A stretch of DNA of 35,189 bases from an uncultured Lentimicrobiaceae bacterium (GTDB lineage: Bacteria > Bacteroidota > Bacteroidia > Bacteroidales > 4484-276), in contig CAYNDN010000002.1 of the NCBI GenBank assembly GCA_964395075.1, forward strand, positions 1,678 to 36,866, written 5' to 3'. Numbering within the stretch: the first letter of the stretch is position 1; every line of letters begins with the position of its first letter. Position numbers and translations under genes: made by a program. The notes below the pieces were generated by a model that searched no databases, was not told where the DNA came from, and saw nothing but the letters and a program-made list of their open reading frames with translations. This document shows, in pieces, positions 26,755 to 33,646 of the stretch.

Positions 26755-26790
26755 TTGCATTTCACGATTCAAAATATTAACTTTACACCC
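26755..26790 (+). promoter_or_regulatory. Candidate promoter of giant gene 2 (TTG-N20-TAACTTTA)
   Basis: The -33 TTG is at 26755-26757 and the -7 box is at 26778-26785, 39 nt before the ATG. The whole cassette and the 5' UTR end (AAACCCAATTACCTATGAAAAAAG) are conserved upstream of gene 3. Confidence 0.5.
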
Positions 26791-26824
26791 TTATTATTTC
26801 TCAATTCTCTAAACCCAATTACCT

Positions 26825-29800
26825 ATGAAAAAAGTTTTTACACTCCTTGCGCTTTTGTTCCTGGCCTCCACACTAACTGTTCATGCACAAACTGCCGAAA
26901 ATACCGGGCAATCAAAATCCCTCACCGATACTGACCAACTGAAAATTGAGTTGCAGCAAAATCACAAAGTTCAGCAACACCAGGATAGGCTCCCAAATGT
27001 TGGCTCCGGCACCCAAAATCCCAAAGGTGTACATTACAGTCACTATCAAAACAAGAACAACCGTGACTTCGTAATTTGGGACAATGGCCCCATCATCACC
27101 GATTCCTTAGCCGGGAGCAGCGGTTCACACTACAGCCGCTTGCAGGACACAACACTTGGCATGGAAACATTTGGTTTTGGATGCCAGCATTCAGCAGGAA
27201 ATTCCATTGCCGACGACTTTGAAGTTATTACGGATTGGGAAATTCATAAAATTACAGTTTATGCCTACCAAACCGGATCAGATCCGCCGTCAACATTTAC
27301 AGGTGTTTATATGCAAATTTGGGATGGTGATCCAACAGCTGGCGGCTCAGTAATTTGGGGTGACCTTAATACAAACGTCCTTGAATCAACAGAATGGACA
27401 AATATTTGGCGGGTCAATGAATCTGCTCCGGAAGAAAACCGCCCGATCATGGCAGTTGTTGCTGATGTTACATATATTTTACTCGATGCAGGAACCTATT
27501 GGCTCGAATATTCGCTTGATGGCACTGGAACATCCGGACCCTGGAATCCACCAGTTACTATAACTGGCGAGACCACCACAGGTAATGCTATACAAAATCA
27601 ATCCGGAAACTGGGTTGCGCTCACCGATTTTGGTCCACAGGGTATTCCTTTTATTATTGAAGGGAGTCCGGGTGCATGGGCAATAGATGATGTAGCGGTA
27701 TTTTCAATCCTTGAACCTGCTTCCGGAATAAACCTTGGAAATGCAGAACCGATAACTGTGAGACTTTTTAATAATGGTGCTGATACCCAAACCAGTATTC
27801 CGGTAGAGGTGAGCATGAATGGCCCAACAGGAAGTGTAATGATTTCAGAAACATGGTCCGGAAGCCTTAGTATAGCTCAAACTGTGGATTTCACACTCAC
27901 CCAAACTATGGATTTATCAGTTTTTGGTGATTATGAAATTGAGGCATGCACCCAACTTCCAGGCGATGAGAATCCAGACAATGATTGTAAAATCAAGACT
28001 GTTACTAACTTCGAGCCAAGCCTCTGTATTCCTGATTATTCGAACGGTTGTGGATATGGTGATGGTTTGATTTATTGGTCACTGGAAAATATTGAAGTTC
28101 CGGATATTCCTTGTTCCGGAGTACCAGAATGGTATCATGATTACCGCGACATGATACATAACCTGACTTTTGGTGATTTTGATCTGACAGTTGTTGCTGG
28201 TTATTCAACAACAAATTTTGATGTTTGGATAGATTTTAATGATGATTTGTATTTTTCAAACGAGGAATTAGTATTAAACGATGCCCAATGTGTTGATGCT
28301 AATGTTCCTTACACATTTACCATTACTGTGCCTACATATGCTGTTCCTGGTGAGCACTTCCTTCGTTTCCGCACAAACTGGATTGACCTGGTGACTCATG
28401 AATGCCAAACCTATAGCTATGGCAATTGTTGTGATTTTTCAGCGGACATATTGCCTCCGTTAATTATGGATGTAGGTGTTGAATTCATTGATATGCTGGA
28501 CTTCTATGAACCTGGCATTATTATTCCTAAAGCAACCCTAAAGAATTTTGGTATGGGTATGTGGACATTTGATGCAATTATGACCTTCGGCAACTATAGC
28601 TCAACAGTTGAGGTCACCGATTTAATTCCGGGGTCAAGCCAACAGGTGATTTTCGACACCCTCGAAATAGGGCCCGGAACTTACACCGCTGAAGTTTGCA
28701 CATTTCTTCCTGAGGATGAAAATCCCGCCAATGACTGCAAAACAAAAACCATAACCGTTGTGGAGGGCGAAACCTGGTATGCCTACCTGGCCGAAGACCC
28801 TTCAGGCACGCTGGTAGAAGGCCCGGTGAACTTCGATCCATCCGCACCCGGTGGAATTACTCAACTTGCCCCAACCTCCAGCAACGAAATCATTACCGGC
28901 GCATGCTGGGCGGGTGATACCTGGTGGGGATGTCAGCAGGGTGGAGGGCTTTATTGGATTGACCACACAAACGGAGATATGACTTTTGTGGGTGATGGCC
29001 CTGCACTCAATGGCCTTGCCTTTGACGGTACTGTGGTTTACGGAGCTTCTGATACAGAACTTTTTGAGATAGATCCGGCAATCGGACAGGGAACCCCCAT
29101 TGGTATAATGGGTAATGCCGGCGGGCAGATGATGGGGATTGCCTGCAATGAGAATGGTGATCTGTTTGGCTTCGATGTGGGCGATGATACATTTTACAGC
29201 ATCGATAAAGCCACCGGAGCAGCCACAGCTATCGGGCCGTTGGGTTACAATTTTGAAGGCCCGCAGGATATGGCTTTCAACAAGGCCACGGGCCAGTGCT
29301 ACTTAACAGGTTACACCACCACCGGGGGGCTTTATGCGGTGGATATAAATACAGGTGCTGCAAGTCTGATTGCTGAGTTTCCTGATGGAATCAGGTTGGC
29401 CGGCTTTGCCATTCCTGATGCTGCACCACCCCCTGTTGGTGATCCCCCACAGGGCTTCGATGCTCAGTTTGTTGAAGGTGTTGGCGTGGAATGTTCCTGG
29501 GGTATGAATACGCCCAACGAAGCCTGGCTTGGCTTTGATGATGGAACAAATAGTAATAATCAGTATAATTATTCTGGAATTATCTGCAACGCTATTAACC
29601 TGGATAGGTATATACTTTATGATTATGATGAATGGGAGCTCACACACATAAAGCTTTTTCCAAACAAAGTTACTGATGAATCAGAAATTACTCTGAAGGT
29701 ATGGTCCGGTATGAATCCCGTAACTTTGATTCATGAGCAGGCTATTGAGAACCCCAACTGGAATACATGGAATACGATTCAACTGACAAATTCGGTCACC

Positions 29801-32800
29801 ATTAATTCAACAGTAGGTTTATTGGTTGGATTTCAATACAGTGCTCCGGAGGGTGAACAGCCCATAGGCCATGATGATGGGCCGGCTGTTGCCGGTTACG
29901 GTGATTTGGTTTCTATGGAAGGCGTGTACTTTTATAGTTTAAAATATGCCATAGGGGCTGATTTAAATTTCAACATACATGCATTTGTTCAGGAAAACCC
30001 AGGAGAAGAGTACGTGGTTCTGAGTCCTCACCTTCAAGGCTATCCGGACAATTCAGGCATTTCAAACAGTACAGAAGTAAAAAGTGAAAGCAACCCAAAG
30101 CTTGAATTTCTTGGTGTAAATATTTACCGCGATGGCAACCAGGTAAATAGTAATCTCATCGAACCTGGAGTTACGGAATACATCGATCCATTTTTCGATC
30201 CCGGAACCTGGACTTACACGGCAAGGGCCGTTTACGATGAAGGACTTTCTGATCCCACACCGGGAGTGGAGGTAATAATTCCGGGAACATCGCAAATCTC
30301 CGTTGCCCCTGATTCCATTTTCGAAATCCATGAAACCCCACCCCAAATCACCACACAGGAACTCACCATCACCAATACCGGCGATGAACCGCTGGAATGG
30401 GAAATTGCGATTGATTTTGGAAATGAAAAATCAAAAATTCAGAAAATATCAACAAAGGAATTTGCAAGGCTTTCTGGCAACAGCATGAATAACGATGTGG
30501 GTATTTGGTCGATTGTTGAACCCGCTTCGGGTGTTTACCTCGGCAACGAAGAGCCCGTCACCATCAAGATTCAAAATTATGGAGGCGAAACCCAGACGGA
30601 AATACCCTGGGAAGTAACATGGTCAGGGCCTACCGGAGGCGAAACCTTTTCAGGTACCTGGACTGGCAGCCTCTCAACAGGTGAGGAGGTGGACATTACC
30701 CTCGACGAAACAGTGGACATGTCGGTGTTTGGAGATTATGAATTCGAAGCCTGCACTCAGCTTTCGGGTGATGAAAACCCGGATAACGATTGCAAAACAA
30801 AATGGATAGGCTGTGTGGCACCATCACTTTGTATCGAGAATCTTTATTCTTCAGGCTGTGGTTTTGGCGATGGATTGATTTCATGGCAATTAGCAAATGT
30901 TGATATTCCCGATATTCCCTGTTCAGGAGAGCCGGAATGGTACCACGATTACACTGGCCAGGTGCATCAGTTAGAGGCAGGTGAGACATACTCCCTGATT
31001 GTTGAGGCCGGTTATGAAAGCACATATTTTGATGTGTGGATCGACTGGAACGATGACCTCCAACTCACCGATGATGAACGCATTGTAGATGACGGTTTTT
31101 GCTCATCACCCAATACACCCTACGTTTTCGAAATTGTAACCCCGGCTTCCGCACCGATTGGTAATCATGTGCTGAGGTTTAGAACCAACTGGGTTGATGT
31201 TGTTTTAGACCCATGCGAAACCTACCAGTATGGCAATTGCTGTGATTTTGGTGCTAATCTTATAGGTATTACGCCAATGGAAGACTGGCTATCGGTTGAT
31301 ACAACCAGCGGCGTTATAGCGTCAGGAGCATCACAAATTGTTACTGCAATATTCAATTCCGAAGATTTCTATGCGGGTTCTTATGAGGCTGATATGGTGA
31401 TTTTAAGCAATGATCCTGAAAACCCGGAAGTTATTGTGCCGGTGAGTTTATCAGTTGCCGACACGGTATTACCTGCTTCAATCATTTTTGAGCCCTTTGA
31501 AAGCTACCTGGCCGGTGATTACCTCGTACAACAGGCCGTTGCCCAGGGCAAGGAATACTGGACCACCTGGAGCGGAAGCCCGGGAACTGTCGAAGACCCA
31601 TTCGTTTCAGATTTCTATGCTTACGAAGGCTTTAACGCGATGGTGATCGAAGAATCGAATGATGCGGTATTGGTATTGCCCGAAAATTATACCTATGGCG
31701 TATTTTACGTGGATTTTGAGGTTATGGTACCTGCCGGAAAAACAGGTTATTTCAACTGTTTGCAATCCTTTGCAGGAACAAGCAGCGAATGGGGAATGCA
31801 ATGTTTCCTTGATGTTGACGGAGCAGGCTCTGTAGATGCAGGCGGTGAGGGAAGTGGATCGTTTACCTATGAATACGATGAGTGGAATCATGTACAAATG
31901 ATGATTGATCTGGACGAAGATCACGCCGAAATGTATTTTAACGATGATTTAATTGTGGAATGGCAATGGAGCACAGGCAGTTTTGGAACAGGATCATTAA
32001 ATGCGTTTCATGCGATGAACTTTTTTGCCTGGAGCGATAATGGTACGCCAGGTGCTTTCTTTGATAATATTGACATATCCGTACCGGAAACAAACTTTTT
32101 ATTGCCACCCAACAATTTTACGGGATATGTTGACTGGCTGGGATTTGGTTTCGAGTGGATGCCACCCGGTAGTTTCGAACCACAGTGGATCACTTATTCC
32201 CAGGAAGAAATCAATAATTCCATCGGCACAAATCAAGAGATCAATTTTGATGTTGCAGCGCGCTGGGAACCCGCCGACTTAACCAACTTTGTAACCGGAG
32301 CCGTAACAAAAATAAACTTTGTTCCTGGCGAACCGGGCGATATTTGTACCTATTCGCTCAGGGTATGGCAGGGCAGCCAACCAGACCCTACCCTGATTTA
32401 TGATGAGGTACTCACCGAAATTGTGTCAGATGTATGGAACGAAATAGAACTGGAAAATCCGGTACCGTTTGATAACTCCCAGGATTTATGGATTGGTTTC
32501 AATTGCAATACAACCTCGGGATTTCCGGCTGGTTGCGATGACGGTCCACAGGATGAAGGATTGGGAAATATGATGTTTTGGGAAGGAGAATGGGTGACGC
32601 TGTCTTCTTTAAACCCCGATCTGATATTCAACTGGGCAATCATGGCATATATCGAAAGCAGCCCGCTAAATGAGCCGCCCACACCGCTTTCAATAACCTA
32701 TCCACAGCATAATAGTGGTGGGCAGTTTACGCTTTGCCCTCAATTGATTGATCCTCCTGCAGTGTTCAGCCCCGACAATGTGGCCGCTACGCTGCTGGGC

Positions 32801-33214
32801 TATAACCTTTACAGGGACGGGGAAATTATCCTGGAGGCATATCCGGGCACCGATTATTTTGATGGTGATGTTGATGCCGGGATATTGTATGAGTATTACC
32901 TTACCGCCTTGTACGATGTGGGAGAATCGCCGCCAACTCAAACCTTATACCTGGAGATACCGGATGGCATTGAAGAAGTTGCGCAGGATGCTGTTCAATT
33001 GTATCCAAATCCTGCAGGTGAGCAGCTAAATATTTCTTCTGAACTGGAAATCCTTAGCATCAATTTGTACGATGTAAAAGGTGTTAATATTTTCAAAATT
33101 GATGAATCAGGAACAAATTTTCAAATCAACACCTCACACCTCAAACCCGGCGTCTATACTCTGCAATTAGAAACAGAAAAGGGATTGTCGGTGCATAAGT
33201 TGGTTATAAGATAA
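26825..33214 (+). CDS. Giant modular secreted protein 2 (2129 aa), T9SS cargo. Module order: SP-A-B-C-B-E-D-F-G-B-C-H-I-D'-F-CTD
   Basis: It is one uninterrupted 6390-nt ORF. The signal peptide is MKKVFTLLALLFLASTLTVHAQ. It is collinear with the first roughly 1200 aa and the last roughly 900 aa of gene 1. Confidence 0.9.
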   Translation: MKKVFTLLALLFLASTLTVHAQTAENTGQSKSLTDTDQLKIELQQNHKVQQHQDRLPNVGSGTQNPKGVHYSHYQNKNNRDFVIWDNGPIITDSLAGSSGSHYSRLQDTTLGMETFGFGCQHSAGNSIADDFEVITDWEIHKITVYAYQTGSDPPSTFTGVYMQIWDGDPTAGGSVIWGDLNTNVLESTEWTNIWRVNESAPEENRPIMAVVADVTYILLDAGTYWLEYSLDGTGTSGPWNPPVTITGETTTGNAIQNQSGNWVALTDFGPQGIPFIIEGSPGAWAIDDVAVFSILEPASGINLGNAEPITVRLFNNGADTQTSIPVEVSMNGPTGSVMISETWSGSLSIAQTVDFTLTQTMDLSVFGDYEIEACTQLPGDENPDNDCKIKTVTNFEPSLCIPDYSNGCGYGDGLIYWSLENIEVPDIPCSGVPEWYHDYRDMIHNLTFGDFDLTVVAGYSTTNFDVWIDFNDDLYFSNEELVLNDAQCVDANVPYTFTITVPTYAVPGEHFLRFRTNWIDLVTHECQTYSYGNCCDFSADILPPLIMDVGVEFIDMLDFYEPGIIIPKATLKNFGMGMWTFDAIMTFGNYSSTVEVTDLIPGSSQQVIFDTLEIGPGTYTAEVCTFLPEDENPANDCKTKTITVVEGETWYAYLAEDPSGTLVEGPVNFDPSAPGGITQLAPTSSNEIITGACWAGDTWWGCQQGGGLYWIDHTNGDMTFVGDGPALNGLAFDGTVVYGASDTELFEIDPAIGQGTPIGIMGNAGGQMMGIACNENGDLFGFDVGDDTFYSIDKATGAATAIGPLGYNFEGPQDMAFNKATGQCYLTGYTTTGGLYAVDINTGAASLIAEFPDGIRLAGFAIPDAAPPPVGDPPQGFDAQFVEGVGVECSWGMNTPNEAWLGFDDGTNSNNQYNYSGIICNAINLDRYILYDYDEWELTHIKLFPNKVTDESEITLKVWSGMNPVTLIHEQAIENPNWNTWNTIQLTNSVTINSTVGLLVGFQYSAPEGEQPIGHDDGPAVAGYGDLVSMEGVYFYSLKYAIGADLNFNIHAFVQENPGEEYVVLSPHLQGYPDNSGISNSTEVKSESNPKLEFLGVNIYRDGNQVNSNLIEPGVTEYIDPFFDPGTWTYTARAVYDEGLSDPTPGVEVIIPGTSQISVAPDSIFEIHETPPQITTQELTITNTGDEPLEWEIAIDFGNEKSKIQKISTKEFARLSGNSMNNDVGIWSIVEPASGVYLGNEEPVTIKIQNYGGETQTEIPWEVTWSGPTGGETFSGTWTGSLSTGEEVDITLDETVDMSVFGDYEFEACTQLSGDENPDNDCKTKWIGCVAPSLCIENLYSSGCGFGDGLISWQLANVDIPDIPCSGEPEWYHDYTGQVHQLEAGETYSLIVEAGYESTYFDVWIDWNDDLQLTDDERIVDDGFCSSPNTPYVFEIVTPASAPIGNHVLRFRTNWVDVVLDPCETYQYGNCCDFGANLIGITPMEDWLSVDTTSGVIASGASQIVTAIFNSEDFYAGSYEADMVILSNDPENPEVIVPVSLSVADTVLPASIIFEPFESYLAGDYLVQQAVAQGKEYWTTWSGSPGTVEDPFVSDFYAYEGFNAMVIEESNDAVLVLPENYTYGVFYVDFEVMVPAGKTGYFNCLQSFAGTSSEWGMQCFLDVDGAGSVDAGGEGSGSFTYEYDEWNHVQMMIDLDEDHAEMYFNDDLIVEWQWSTGSFGTGSLNAFHAMNFFAWSDNGTPGAFFDNIDISVPETNFLLPPNNFTGYVDWLGFGFEWMPPGSFEPQWITYSQEEINNSIGTNQEINFDVAARWEPADLTNFVTGAVTKINFVPGEPGDICTYSLRVWQGSQPDPTLIYDEVLTEIVSDVWNEIELENPVPFDNSQDLWIGFNCNTTSGFPAGCDDGPQDEGLGNMMFWEGEWVTLSSLNPDLIFNWAIMAYIESSPLNEPPTPLSITYPQHNSGGQFTLCPQLIDPPAVFSPDNVAATLLGYNLYRDGEIILEAYPGTDYFDGDVDAGILYEYYLTALYDVGESPPTQTLYLEIPDGIEEVAQDAVQLYPNPAGEQLNISSELEILSINLYDVKGVNIFKIDESGTNFQINTSHLKPGVYTLQLETEKGLSVHKLVIR
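27026..28445 (+). repeat. A-B-C module block, copy in gene 2
   Basis: It is homologous to 17058..18480. It includes a 41-nt run identical to gene 1 (27299-27339 = 17334-17374). Confidence 0.8.
28769..29420 (+). repeat. E module, copy in gene 2
   Basis: ETWYAYLAEDPSGTLVEGP...LYAVDINTGAASLIAEFPDGIRLAGFAIPDA. Confidence 0.75.
32960..33211 (+). other. Type-A T9SS C-terminal sorting domain of gene 2
   Basis: VQLYPNPAGEQLNISSELEILSINLYDVKGVNIF...LKPGVYTLQLETEKGLSVHKLVIR. Confidence 0.85.
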
Positions 33215-33223
33215 AACGCTGAT

Positions 33224-33265
33224 AGCAACCACTCCGGAGTATGTTTCTGGGTGGTTGCTGTTTTT
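33224..33265 (+). terminator. Rho-independent terminator of gene 2
   Basis: AGCAACCAC ... GTGGTTGCT (9-bp stem, 18-nt loop) is followed by GTTTTT. It lies 10 nt after the stop. Confidence 0.75.
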
Positions 33266-33277
33266 AATACCGTTATG

Positions 33278-33369
33278 AAACTGTCAGACAGTTTTACTAA
33301 TCCGAAAACAACATTTTCCAGCAAGCATTTTATGTAACCTTTAAAGGTCATTTAAACTGTCTGACAGTT
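33278..33369. repeat. Palindrome-bounded unit U3 (92 bp)
   Basis: The left arm is AAACTGTCAGACAGTTTT (33278-33295) and the right arm is AAACTGTCTGACAGTT (33354-33369). Confidence 0.9.
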
Positions 33370-33432
33370 AAAGGGCCTATTTCGCTCATAATGGTAATAA
33401 TTGTCGAGTGGCTGATTCCTTCAATATTCATG

Positions 33433-33526
33433 AAACTGTCAGACAGTTTTTACCAATCCCCAAAACAACATTTTCCAGCAAGCATTTTATGTAACCTTTA
33501 AAGGTCATTTAAACTGTCTGACAGTT
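33433..33526. repeat. Palindrome-bounded unit U4 (94 bp)
   Basis: The left arm is AAACTGTCAGACAGTTTT (33433-33450) and the right arm is AAACTGTCTGACAGTT (33511-33526). It is nearly identical to U3. Confidence 0.9.
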
Positions 33527-33578
33527 AACACCAACAAACTTAATAACGAATAACCAATAACTTCTCCCCCCAATACCC

Positions 33579-33614
33579 TTGCATTTCCCTTTTCAATATA
33601 TTAACTTTACACCC
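33579..33614 (+). promoter_or_regulatory. Candidate promoter of giant gene 3 (TTG-N20-TAACTTTA)
   Basis: The -33 TTG is at 33579-33581 and the -7 box is at 33602-33609, 37 nt before the ATG. It is the same cassette as upstream of gene 2. Confidence 0.5.
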
Positions 33615-33646
33615 ATATTATCTTAAATCTCAAAACCCAATTACCT

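Noticed and set aside
33154-33351. 65-aa minus-strand ORF starting inside U3 (MTFKGYIKCLLENVVFGLVK...), plus similar micro-ORFs in U1, U2 and U4 (MTLKEYMKYLCKFDFLGIAKTV, MTFKGYIKCLLENVVLGIGKNCLTVS).
   Set aside because: The four units differ by 1-nt indels near the left arm, so the reading frame and stop position are not conserved. The long U3 version exists only because it runs antisense across the gene 2 terminator and 3' end. The peptide similarity simply follows from DNA similarity. A very short conserved N-terminal peptide cannot be fully excluded.
26306-33526. I considered whether the repeated ACTGTCAGACAGT arms could be a CRISPR array.
   Set aside because: There are only two plus two units, in two separate intergenic regions. 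The repeats alternate as inverted partners, spacer lengths are irregular (about 60 bp inside units, 63-236 bp between units), and no cas genes are present.
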